A DNA stretch of 64,000 nucleotides, from contig OZ253443.1 in NCBI GenBank assembly GCA_965261135.1, positions 2,192,521-2,256,520 of the forward strand. The letters are read 5' to 3'. The notes below the pieces were generated by a model. The model did not search any database and was not told the origin of the DNA. It saw only the letters and a list, made by a program, of their open reading frames with translations. Positions 8,733 to 17,470 of the stretch are shown one piece after another. The position numbers were made by a program, and so were the translations under genes. The first letter of the stretch is position 1. Every line of letters starts with the position of its first letter. The stretch comes from Acidimicrobiia bacterium (GTDB taxonomy: Bacteria > Actinomycetota > Acidimicrobiia > Spongiisociales > ZC4RG35).

Positions 8733-9506
8733 TTAGCTCAGTTCGGCGGTGGCGAAAATTACGTGGAATGGTCTGCAATAGATGATGACGGTCACTTGCT
8801 CAGGGACTTGGTAGTCGGCGGGGAAATCGTAGTTCTGTGAGCCGATATTTCCTTTCAGCGGAGCCAACTCGATGTAACCGGCCGCCTGCAGGGCCTCGCG
8901 GTTGGTTATCCCATGGGCCGGAGCGACTATCACGCGGAGGTCGGGACCATTGGTTACCTCAATGTCTTCCAGTCGAAGTACATGGGAGCCATCTTCCAGG
9001 CGGTATACCGTCACCTGGCCTGAGCCTTTGTGGAAGTCGTCGGCATCCATCAGAGCGCCGGTGGCTACGGCCACCGGTCCCGTTGCCACGGGCTCTGGCG
9101 CCTGCGGTTCGGTGGTCTCGACAGCGTCCATAGCGGTAGTGGTTGTCTCGGCAGCCGCGGTTGTAGTTGCGGTGGCCTCGGGGTCAGCGGGAGTGGTAGA
9201 GGGCGGTTCCGCTTCGGACATGTCCGTAGCGGGCATATCCTCGTCGACCACCGCATCGATGGCCTCGGCCTCCATCATCACATCCTCGACTTCGGCCGGG
9301 GTCATGTCGTCGGGGATCACCGCCATCGCCGCTCTCGGGAAAGGTTCGTCCACCACCTTGTCTATGAACAGGGGTGAGATCAGCCACCATGCCAGAGCAA
9401 GGCCCAGAACGGCCACGACCACTGCAGTGATCCGAACTGATCTTCGCTTGTGGAAGGGGAGACGGTTGGTCATGTTCCTCCTTGATCTAACCCCAAATCT
9501 AGGCAA
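8733..9506 (-). CDS. DM13-domain protein with N-terminal TM anchor and acidic Thr/Ala/Glu-rich linker
   Basis: C-terminal roughly 110 aa (DADDFHKGSGQVTVYRLEDGSHVLRLEDIEVTNGPDLRVIVA...LKGNIGSQNYDFP) matches the DM13 beta-rich domain pattern. N-terminal hydrophobic helix. Low-complexity linker. Likely start at M11 (9476). Confidence 0.6.
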   Translation of the reverse strand: MPRFGVRSRRNMTNRLPFHKRRSVRITAVVVAVLGLALAWWLISPLFIDKVVDEPFPRAAMAVIPDDMTPAEVEDVMMEAEAIDAVVDEDMPATDMSEAEPPSTTPADPEATATTTAAAETTTTAMDAVETTEPQAPEPVATGPVAVATGALMDADDFHKGSGQVTVYRLEDGSHVLRLEDIEVTNGPDLRVIVAPAHGITNREALQAAGYIELAPLKGNIGSQNYDFPADYQVPEQVTVIIYCRPFHVIFATAELS

Positions 9507-9521
9507 AGGCCCGGTTCTATG

Positions 9522-10181
9522 CTAGGAGGTTTCGGTCGCTTCGGCTTCTCGGCGGGTGATCCAGGCCATGTTGATGGGCGCCAGGTAGTGGCGGAAGAAC
9601 TGAGCCATGTCCTCCAGTATGGAGGGGCGCAGTCCGGCCAGAGCCGCTCCCCGCTGGGTGGCGCCCGAGACGGTCATCAGCATCCGCTGGCCCGGGAGGT
9701 GGTCATGAGCGCTCTTGGCGGCAGCGTGGCCTTCGGTGTCGCCTCCTCCCGCCATGATGATGCGCATCGCCTTCTCCCCGCCGCTCATAAACTCGACCGA
9801 CATCTCCGGGGGAGAGATGAGTATGTGCACAGGCGCTCCGGCAGCGGCGCCTGCTCCTACCGATCCTCTGGCGCTCTCCCCGCAGGTGACCAATCCCAGA
9901 GGACCCCACAAGCCGGAGGCTTGGGCAACCATCACCCCCACGTCACGGGCGATCGAGCGGGGATCAGGTTCCCCATGGGAAAGGCCGTGGCCGGAGAGTT
10001 CCAGGCTGATCACCCGGAATCCCGACGCCGCCAGTCCCCCGGTGAGCGAACCCCACTGGTCGAGATCGGCCCCGAAGTCATGCACGAATAGGACGGGTGG
10101 TCCCGAGATCGGCCACTCCAATCCCGACAGCCTCACCTCGTCTTCCCCAACCACCTCCACCGGGATCGGAGTCTCGCTCAC
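9522..10181 (-). CDS. Alpha/beta-hydrolase fold protein
   Basis: PVLFVHDFGAD... followed by a nucleophile-elbow-like GLVTCGESARGS. 219 aa. 4-nt overlap with the upstream ABC ATPase gene. Confidence 0.6.
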   Translation of the reverse strand: MSETPIPVEVVGEDEVRLSGLEWPISGPPVLFVHDFGADLDQWGSLTGGLAASGFRVISLELSGHGLSHGEPDPRSIARDVGVMVAQASGLWGPLGLVTCGESARGSVGAGAAAGAPVHILISPPEMSVEFMSGGEKAMRIIMAGGGDTEGHAAAKSAHDHLPGQRMLMTVSGATQRGAALAGLRPSILEDMAQFFRHYLAPINMAWITRREAEATETS

Positions 10182-11158
10182 GCCGGAGTGAGGGTCTGGG
10201 GATTGAAGCAGCGGAGATCCCTCCCGTTGTCGGCCACCAACTCCGGGTGCTCTTCCCAGCAGCGGACCAGCGCCTGGGAACAGCGGGGACTGAACGGACA
10301 GCCTGGCGGGATGAACTGCGGCGGGGGAACCCGGCCGGGGATGGTGTGCAATGCGCCCCGCTGGTGACGGGTCTGGGGGACCGCCCGCAGGAGTCCTTGT
10401 GTGTAGGGATGCTGAGGGTCGGCGAAGAGCTGCTCTACGGTGGCCTGCTCCACTATCTCCCCCGAGTACATCACCGCCACCCGGTCCGCTACCGCCGCCA
10501 CCACACCCAGGTCGTGGGTGATCAGCAGCATCGACATACCCCGAAGGCGCTGCTGGCCTACCAGTCGATCGAGGATCTGGGCCTGCACGGTGACGTCCAA
10601 GGCGGTGGTGGGCTCGTCGGCGATGAGGATGTCCGGATCGAGCACTAGAGCCATGGCGATCATCACCCGCTGGCGCATCCCGCCCGACAACTGGTGGGGA
10701 TACTGTCCCATCCGGGTCTCGGGATCGGACAATTCCACCTCCACCAGCGCCTGAAGCGCCATGGACTCCGCCTCCGACCGGGAGACCGGTCGATGGCGGC
10801 GGATCACCTCGGTGAGAAGATGGCCGATGGAGAACATCGGGTCGAGGGAGGTGAGGGGATCCTGGAAGATCATGGAGATGTCGTCCCCCCGCACCTCCCG
10901 CATCTCCCGCTCGGAGAGACTCACCAGGTCCTTGTCACCGAAATGGACCGAACCGCCGGCGATCCGAGCCGCCGGGGAGGGAATCAGCCCCATAACGGAG
11001 AGGGCGGTCATGGTCTTCCCGCACCCCGACTCTCCCACCAGTCCCAGTATCTCATTGGGGTACAGGTCGAACGACACCCCCCTCACCACCTCGAACTCGA
11101 TCCCCTCGGTGCGGATGACGGTGGTGAGATCCCGAACGGAGAGGAGTGGAGTGGCCAT
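10178..11158 (-). CDS. Peptide/nickel ABC transporter ATP-binding protein (DppD/OppD type)
   Basis: Walker A GESGCGKT, signature LSGGMRQR, Walker B LIADEPTTALD. C-terminal oligopeptide-ABC extension with Cys cluster (CPFSPRC). Confidence 0.9.
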   Translation of the reverse strand: MATPLLSVRDLTTVIRTEGIEFEVVRGVSFDLYPNEILGLVGESGCGKTMTALSVMGLIPSPAARIAGGSVHFGDKDLVSLSEREMREVRGDDISMIFQDPLTSLDPMFSIGHLLTEVIRRHRPVSRSEAESMALQALVEVELSDPETRMGQYPHQLSGGMRQRVMIAMALVLDPDILIADEPTTALDVTVQAQILDRLVGQQRLRGMSMLLITHDLGVVAAVADRVAVMYSGEIVEQATVEQLFADPQHPYTQGLLRAVPQTRHQRGALHTIPGRVPPPQFIPPGCPFSPRCSQALVRCWEEHPELVADNGRDLRCFNPQTLTPA

Positions 11159-12075
11159 CAGACCTTCCGGAGGCGAGGGTTGGCTGCCAGATACCCCAGA
11201 TCGGCCAGCCAGTTGCCCAGAACCACCAGCACCACCAGCACCAGCGAGAAGAACTGCGCTACCGGGTAATCACGGCGGAGCACCGCGTTGACCAGCACCT
11301 GACCCAATCCCGGCCACCCGAAGATGACCTCCACGATCAGGGCATATCCCACGATCTGGCCAATGCGCAGACCCGCCAGGGAGATGATCGGGATCAGGGC
11401 GTTGCGAAACACGTGTTTGCCGACCACCCGACCCTCGGAGAGACCACCCGCCCGCAGGGTACGCACCCAGTCGGAATCGAGGTTCTCCAGCATGGCGGAG
11501 CGGGTCATCCGCACAGTAAGGGCGGTCCCCTCCGCCGCCAGTACGATCGCCGGAAGGATCAATTGTTTAGGTTCACAGCATCCCGCCGAAGGGAGCCAGC
11601 CCAGCACGCTGGCGAAGAGCCAGATGGTCAGCAACGCCAGCCAGAAATTGGGCATCGCCATCCCCGCCACCGAAAGACTCATGATCCCTTGGTCCAAGAA
11701 GGTGTTTCGTCTCACCGATGCCAGCATTCCCAATGGGACGCCCACCAGGAACACCAGTAGGAAGGCGGCGGCCCCCAGAATCAGGCTGTTGCGCCCGTGT
11801 TGGACCACCATCTTGGAGATCAGGGCATTGTTGGTGAGTGAGTTGCCCAGATCTCCGCTGAGCAACTTCCCCATGTAGGTGAAATACTGCTGGTAGATGG
11901 GGTCGTTGAGCCCCAGGACCTCTCGAAGAGTCTCCCGGTCGGCTTCGGTGGCCGAAGCGGGCAGGCGCGCGGCGGTGGCATCCCCGCCCGAGAGGCGGAT
12001 GGCATAGAAGACCGCCACCGAGGACAACGCCAGGATCACCAGCATGTAGACGGTGCGGTTGGCCAGAAACCTCAT
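11158..12075 (-). CDS. Peptide ABC transporter permease (DppB-like)
   Basis: 6-TM binding-protein-dependent permease, 305 aa. Overlapping start/stop with neighbouring genes. Confidence 0.85.
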   Translation of the reverse strand: MRFLANRTVYMLVILALSSVAVFYAIRLSGGDATAARLPASATEADRETLREVLGLNDPIYQQYFTYMGKLLSGDLGNSLTNNALISKMVVQHGRNSLILGAAAFLLVFLVGVPLGMLASVRRNTFLDQGIMSLSVAGMAMPNFWLALLTIWLFASVLGWLPSAGCCEPKQLILPAIVLAAEGTALTVRMTRSAMLENLDSDWVRTLRAGGLSEGRVVGKHVFRNALIPIISLAGLRIGQIVGYALIVEVIFGWPGLGQVLVNAVLRRDYPVAQFFSLVLVVLVVLGNWLADLGYLAANPRLRKV

Positions 12076-13013
12076 GCTGACTCCACCCCTTTGGCCTCAT
12101 GCCGGAGCCGGGGATCGAAAACATCCCGCAGCCCGTCTCCGATCAGGCTTACCGACAGCACCATCAACACCAGGGTGAGGCCGGGAACAGTGGTCTCCCA
12201 GTGATTCAAGTTCAGATAATTACGGCCCTCCGCCACCATCTGCCCCAGGCTGGGCAGTGGAGGCTGGGCGCCCAGCCCGATGAAGGAGAGCGCCGCCTCG
12301 GCGATGATGGCCACCGCTACGTAATAGGAAGCGAGCACCAAAGCGGGGGCCAGGATGTTGGGGAGGAGATGCCTTCGGATGATCCTCCAGTTGGAGAGTC
12401 CCCCCGCCCGGGCCGCCTCGATGAACTCCCGCTCGGAGAGCGACAGCACCTCACCCCGCACCACCCGGGCGATGGCGGCCATGTTCACCAATCCCACAGC
12501 CAGGATCACCGACAGCAACCCTTCGCCCAAGCCTCCTGCAAACAAGACCGCCACCAGGATAAGCGGAAATCCCCAAATGAAATCCATCACACCACTGAGC
12601 GATCGGTCGGTCCACCCGCCTCGGAAGCCGGCCAGCGTGCCGATGCCCAGACCGGCCAGCAAGGCCAACCCCGTTACCCCCATCGCCACCGCCAGGCTCA
12701 CCCGGATCCCAACGAATAGCCTGATCGCCGTGTCGCGGCCGAGATGATCGGTCCCCAACAGCGCCTCCTCGCTAAAGGGCGTGGCATGGATGTTGGAAAA
12801 GTTGATGTGCTCATAGTCGCCGCCGACGATGAGCGGACCCAGAATTCCGGCGCCCACCACCAACACCGCCAGGACTACCCCCGATAGAAGAAGCCGGTTG
12901 CGCGACAAGTTGCGCATCGTCTGCCGGAACAGCGAAATGTGCTGGCTCTCTTCGAAATCCAGCAGTCGCTGGTCCCACTCGGCGAGGTAGGACTCGGGAG
13001 TCGAAGCAGTCAT
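12072..13013 (-). CDS. Peptide ABC transporter permease (DppC-like, with N-terminal extension)
   Basis: 313 aa, TM pattern and EAA-like loop of DppC-type permeases. Confidence 0.85.
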   Translation of the reverse strand: MTASTPESYLAEWDQRLLDFEESQHISLFRQTMRNLSRNRLLLSGVVLAVLVVGAGILGPLIVGGDYEHINFSNIHATPFSEEALLGTDHLGRDTAIRLFVGIRVSLAVAMGVTGLALLAGLGIGTLAGFRGGWTDRSLSGVMDFIWGFPLILVAVLFAGGLGEGLLSVILAVGLVNMAAIARVVRGEVLSLSEREFIEAARAGGLSNWRIIRRHLLPNILAPALVLASYYVAVAIIAEAALSFIGLGAQPPLPSLGQMVAEGRNYLNLNHWETTVPGLTLVLMVLSVSLIGDGLRDVFDPRLRHEAKGVESA

Positions 13014-13066
13014 TACAGGGTCAGTGTAAAGGCTGAGGCAATAACGATGTGTTCATGGGAAACACG

Positions 13067-13090
13067 CCCGCTCCCGGCGCCGGGAGCGGG
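13067..13090 (-). promoter_or_regulatory. Perfect 24-nt palindrome in the 104-nt gap between the SBP gene and the first permease gene (intercistronic hairpin)
   Basis: cccgctcccggc|gccgggagcggg. 12-bp GC-rich arms, no U-tract. Usual position for a stabilising/attenuating hairpin downstream of a highly expressed SBP gene. Confidence 0.4.
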
Positions 13091-13117
13091 GAGTATTTCT
13101 CTTGGTCGGATCGGTCT

Positions 13118-14914
13118 TTAGGCCTCGATCCAGGTGTCGTTGTAGTACGGATAGAGAAGCCACACGAAAGGCGACCAGCCGCGCACGCGGTTGTTCTTCA
13201 CGAACGTGGAGTTCTGGTTGATGAAGGACATGTTGGGAAGCTGTTCCGCCCAGGCCACCTGAAAGTCGGACTGCGCCTTGGCCGCCGCCTCCTCGGTTCC
13301 CGCCGTCTGCCAATCGGCGATGGCCTGATCGATGCGAGGTTCGTTGGCATGGGACCAGTTCGGGACCGGTATGGTGAAACTGGCGCAGAACAGGGTCAAC
13401 ACGTCGATCGGGATGGGCCACAGCCACATGAAGAGGCCGGCGGCCACTTCGGGGCCTCCAGCCCTCTCGAACCAAACCGAGCGGTCCACCACATTGACGT
13501 CCGCTTGAGCGCCCACCTGTGCGAACTGAGCCGCGGCGGCGGTGGCGATGGCAGTCTGCAGAGACTCGTTCTCCACCATGAACTCGAACTGGAGCGGGAC
13601 CCCGTCGCGGGTTCTCACCCCGTCGCCGCCCATCGACCAGCCCGCGGCATCCAGAAGGCGGTTGCCCTCGGCCACATCGAAGTTGTTGAACCGCTCCACT
13701 GCCGGGTCGTAGTAGCGGTCGGTGGTGGGGAAGGGACCGTAGGTAGCCGCTCCGTTGCCGAACAGCAGCGCCTGCACCATTCCCTCGCGGTCGACGGCGT
13801 GGGAGAGACCGCGGCGGGTCTCCACATCACCGAAGATCTCCGGAAAGTTCTCCCGGTTCATGAACATGAAGTAGCCCGACCACTCGGCGTGGCGATAGAC
13901 GGTCAGGTCCGGGTTGGACTCCAGCCGTGCCAAGTCCTGGTGAGCGGGGTTCAACAAGGTGTCGATATCCCCGTTCTCCAACTGGGTGGCCCGCTGACCG
14001 GCCTCGGTGATCACCGTCCACCGGATGGCGTCGAGGTGAGCGGTTCCCTTGTTCTCGAAGTAGGGAACGTTGGAACCCGGGTAGTCATCCCAACGAATGA
14101 CCTGGGAGTGGCTGCCGGGCACCCACTCGTCGTGCTGGAACGGGCCGGTGGCGTCCACGATCTCCGTCCCGTAGACGGATGCCACGACACTCTCGCCAGC
14201 CAAGCCGGTCGCGTCGTCGTAGCTACCCACCTCTTTCCAGGTGTTGATGTTGGCCAAGCGCCAGTAGCCGGTGGCAAGCGGCCCCAGAGTGCCCACCCAG
14301 GCGTTCTTCATCTTGGCCAACACCTGGTTTCCGTCCACTTCGTAATGATCGATGGGGGAAGCGAGGCTGGCGATGAAGCTGAACTTCTGGATGCGGTAGA
14401 ACTCGGCCACATCAGCGGCGGTGATGGTGCCGCCGGAATGGGACTGGCGATCCTCCACCGTAAACCGGTACTCGAGGCCGTCGTCGGAGACGCTGAAATC
14501 GGTACAGAACTGAGGCACGATGTCACCGTCGGGGGAGACTGTCACGATCGCCTCATAGATGGCGAAGAAGGCCGGGTCGTACCAGTTGGTGGTGATCGGG
14601 TCAAGCTTGGATAGATCCCGGTTGTAGCCCTCGCGCAATGTCCCGCCCCGGGTTGGGCCCATCGCCTCAGCGGCGGTAGTGGCAGGCGCCGCAGTGGTGA
14701 CAGGCGCGGCGGTGGTGGCAGGCGCCGCAGTGGTGGCAGGCGCCGCGGTGGCGGCGGTCGGCTCATCATCTCCACCGCATGCGGCCAAGAGCGCGGCGGT
14801 TGCCGCAGCCCCTACTCCAGCCGCTCCTACTTTCTTGAGAAACTGGCGGCGACTCAGCTTCTTCTGCTGATACTCCTCCAAGATGTTCTGAATCTCGGGA
14901 CTGTTCTCTGTCAT
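13118..14914 (-). CDS. ABC transporter substrate-binding protein, family 5 (peptide/nickel); Tat-signal lipoprotein
   Basis: Twin-arginine motif SRRQFLKK, lipobox LAACGG, Thr/Ala/Pro-rich repeat linker (TAATAAPATTAAPATTAAPVTTAAPATTAA), then an SBP_bac_5-like body of about 520 aa. Confidence 0.85.
   Translation of the reverse strand: MTENSPEIQNILEEYQQKKLSRRQFLKKVGAAGVGAAATAALLAACGGDDEPTAATAAPATTAAPATTAAPVTTAAPATTAAEAMGPTRGGTLREGYNRDLSKLDPITTNWYDPAFFAIYEAIVTVSPDGDIVPQFCTDFSVSDDGLEYRFTVEDRQSHSGGTITAADVAEFYRIQKFSFIASLASPIDHYEVDGNQVLAKMKNAWVGTLGPLATGYWRLANINTWKEVGSYDDATGLAGESVVASVYGTEIVDATGPFQHDEWVPGSHSQVIRWDDYPGSNVPYFENKGTAHLDAIRWTVITEAGQRATQLENGDIDTLLNPAHQDLARLESNPDLTVYRHAEWSGYFMFMNRENFPEIFGDVETRRGLSHAVDREGMVQALLFGNGAATYGPFPTTDRYYDPAVERFNNFDVAEGNRLLDAAGWSMGGDGVRTRDGVPLQFEFMVENESLQTAIATAAAAQFAQVGAQADVNVVDRSVWFERAGGPEVAAGLFMWLWPIPIDVLTLFCASFTIPVPNWSHANEPRIDQAIADWQTAGTEEAAAKAQSDFQVAWAEQLPNMSFINQNSTFVKNNRVRGWSPFVWLLYPYYNDTWIEA
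14676..14760. repeat. Imperfect 24-27-nt tandem repeats inside the SBP gene (encode the TTAAPA linker)
   Basis: ggcaggcgccgcagtggtg/ggcaggcgccgcggtggcg units repeated 3-4 times. Confidence 0.6.
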
Positions 14915-15194
14915 GGCGCTAACTCCTTCGTGGCGGCTTTAATCTCCGCGGTTTGCAGAACTCGTCAGCAAACTTCAGATAAAAGGCTATACGTTTTCAG
15001 AAAAATGGCTCCGCTCGGACGCCCTACCTGCTCACATGGTAACCCATCCTCGGGGAGTCTGCCCGATTACGGCAGTTTGTATTCTGTCGGGTACTCGCCC
15101 TCAAACTGGAGACAGACTCGCTCAGGACCGACCTGCTGTCCTGGGTTTGCCGCCATCCGATATCATTGCAGACAACCAAGGAGGCTCTCTTCGA

Positions 15195-16001
15195 ATGTGC
15201 ACCACCGGCGCCCTGCGAACCGAGACCGGATACTTCCTGTTCAAGAACAAGGACTTCGGGCGGACCAGTTTCGAGGACCGCTTGGTGGTCGAAGAGGATG
15301 TGTTCGGCATAGCCGGGGTGGAGACCTGGGCAGGAACCGACCCGGACCTGGACCGGTTTTCGGGGTTTTCGCTGGGAGCCAACCGCCACGGGCTGCTGTG
15401 CTGTGACTCCAACGTTCGAACTGTTCCCGGCCTGAACTATGACAGGCTCACGGAAATCGCCCTACGGGAGGGAACCGATGTCCCAAGCGCGGTGGCGGCG
15501 GTGGAAAGGGCGATGAGTCGGGCCCCCTATGTCTGGGCGAACCTGGTAGTGATCGATCAATCCGAGCTGGCCACGGTGGAAGTGAGGGGACAGCAATTGA
15601 AAGCGACCTTTCACCCAAGCGATCGCATCGCCCGTTCCAATCACCATGTGGAACTGGGCGCCACCCCTGAAGACGACGACACCGTCACCACCGAACCCCG
15701 GCTCCGGTCAGCATCTCGTCGTATCCGCGGCGCTCAGCAACTGTCCGCCATCTTCGAGTTGCAGGAATCTCATGACGACGGCGGTAGCGGCATCTGCAAC
15801 CACACCTCATATGACACCGTCTACTCCTACGTGTTCGAACGCCGTGACGATTGCACCACACTGCACGTCACCCAGGGCAAGCCCTGCGAGAACCCCGAGC
15901 GGCTGGCTCTTCGGATTCCTATCGGATCGGAGTGGAGCCCCGAGGCAATCACCGCTCTCTTGGATACCTACCCGTCCCGGAGAGCCCCCGCTCTGGCCTG
16001 A
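15195..16001 (+). CDS. N-terminal-nucleophile (Ntn) hydrolase-superfamily protein with Cys2 nucleophile
   Basis: RBS aaggagg 8 nt upstream of the ATG at 15195. Protein begins MCTTGALRTETGYFLFKNKDFGR, the pattern of Cys-Ntn amidohydrolases (choloylglycine-hydrolase/C45/class-II GATase-like). The ORF track's longer 15036 start is rejected. Confidence 0.5.
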   Translation: MCTTGALRTETGYFLFKNKDFGRTSFEDRLVVEEDVFGIAGVETWAGTDPDLDRFSGFSLGANRHGLLCCDSNVRTVPGLNYDRLTEIALREGTDVPSAVAAVERAMSRAPYVWANLVVIDQSELATVEVRGQQLKATFHPSDRIARSNHHVELGATPEDDDTVTTEPRLRSASRRIRGAQQLSAIFELQESHDDGGSGICNHTSYDTVYSYVFERRDDCTTLHVTQGKPCENPERLALRIPIGSEWSPEAITALLDTYPSRRAPALA

Positions 16002-16015
16002 GAGGCAGGGCTTGC

Positions 16016-17470
16016 TCAGAGATAGATAGCCGATTCGACCAGATTGAGGAGGGGCTGGGGGAAAATGCCCATAACCAAGGTGAAGGTGGTCGCCACGCCC
16101 AGCGCCCAGAAGGTAGGCCGGTCACATAGCACCGGATCGTCGTTGGTGGGAGCCTGCATGTACATGATCACGATCACCCGCAGATAGAGATAGATGGCCA
16201 CCGCCGAGGCAAGCACCGCCACTACCACCAGCCATTCCAGGCCTCCCCTCCAAGCCTCGAGAAATACGCCCAGCTTGGCGACGAACCCGCTGGTGAGGGG
16301 GATGCCCGCCATCCCCAGGAGAGAGACCGACAAGACCAGCGCCAGGAAGGGCGAGCGACGGTAAAGCCCCCGATAATCGGAGAGATCCGACCCCGAGGAG
16401 ACCGCTCCTCCCAGCACCGAGATCACCGAGAACGCTGCCACCAACTGGACCGTGTAGACCGCCAGATAGAACCAGACCGAGGATGATCCCTGGGCGCCGG
16501 ATGCGAGACCGGCGAGAATGAACCCGGCGTGAGCCACCCCCGAATAGGCCAGCAGGCGACGGATATCCACCGAGATGATGGCCATCACCGCTCCCACCAC
16601 CATCGACAGGGCGGCGATTCCCGCCACGACCGGCGCCCAGTCCACCCGAAAGCTCTCGAAACCGGTTAGAAGCACTCTGGACAGCGCCGCGAATCCGCCC
16701 ACTTTGGCCACCGCCGCCATATAGCCCACTATTCCCGCCGGGGCGCCCTGGTAGACATCAGGCGCCCACACATGGAAGGGGGCGGCCGCCACCTTGAAGG
16801 AAAGCCCCGCTGTCAACAAGCCGATTCCCACCAGGAGAACCGCCGGAGAGACCAAGAGGTTCCGGCTGAGGAACGACCCGATAGCCACCAGGCCCAGCGA
16901 GCCCGTCCCCGCGAACACCAACGCCGCTCCGTAGATGAACACCGCCGATGCCACCGCTCCCAACAGCAGATATTTGAGGGCCGCCTCGTCGGAACGCACT
17001 CCGTCCCCAGCGATCCCAGCCAGGATATAGAGGGAGATCGATCCCATCTCAAGTCCCAGGAACATCATCACCAGATTCTGAGAAGCGGCCATCAGGATAA
17101 AGCCGGCCGAGGCCAACAGCACCAACGCCACTCCCTCCGCCGCCCGGTTCCCCAAGTGTGCAAACAGGCTGCGGCCGGCCGACATCGCCAGGATGGAGAC
17201 CACCAGCACCACCAGGCGGGCCAGCGCGGCCGGGCGGTCGAAGATGAGCATCGACCCAAAGATCGGCTCTGCTCCGGGCGTCGCAACGATCCACTGCCAG
17301 ACACCCAGGGCCAGCGCGACCAGGATGATTACCAGAGAGGATCCCCACAAAACCCGCACCCCTGGCCTCTTCTGCACATCCAACAGCAACAGCCCCACCG
17401 CCCCCAGCACCAGCACCAGTTCGGGGGCCAGCGCCGCCCAGGCGATCTCAGGAATGGCGTTGGAGATCAC
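16016..17470 (-). CDS. nuoN: NADH-quinone oxidoreductase subunit N
   Basis: 484-aa polytopic antiporter-like subunit. Last gene of the nuoH-N run. 4-nt overlap with nuoM. Confidence 0.9.
   Translation of the reverse strand: MISNAIPEIAWAALAPELVLVLGAVGLLLLDVQKRPGVRVLWGSSLVIILVALALGVWQWIVATPGAEPIFGSMLIFDRPAALARLVVLVVSILAMSAGRSLFAHLGNRAAEGVALVLLASAGFILMAASQNLVMMFLGLEMGSISLYILAGIAGDGVRSDEAALKYLLLGAVASAVFIYGAALVFAGTGSLGLVAIGSFLSRNLLVSPAVLLVGIGLLTAGLSFKVAAAPFHVWAPDVYQGAPAGIVGYMAAVAKVGGFAALSRVLLTGFESFRVDWAPVVAGIAALSMVVGAVMAIISVDIRRLLAYSGVAHAGFILAGLASGAQGSSSVWFYLAVYTVQLVAAFSVISVLGGAVSSGSDLSDYRGLYRRSPFLALVLSVSLLGMAGIPLTSGFVAKLGVFLEAWRGGLEWLVVVAVLASAVAIYLYLRVIVIMYMQAPTNDDPVLCDRPTFWALGVATTFTLVMGIFPQPLLNLVESAIYL

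Noticed and set aside
13049-14614. 521-aa plus-strand ORF
   Set aside because: Antisense to the well-supported substrate-binding protein gene. No motifs, G/V/R-rich.
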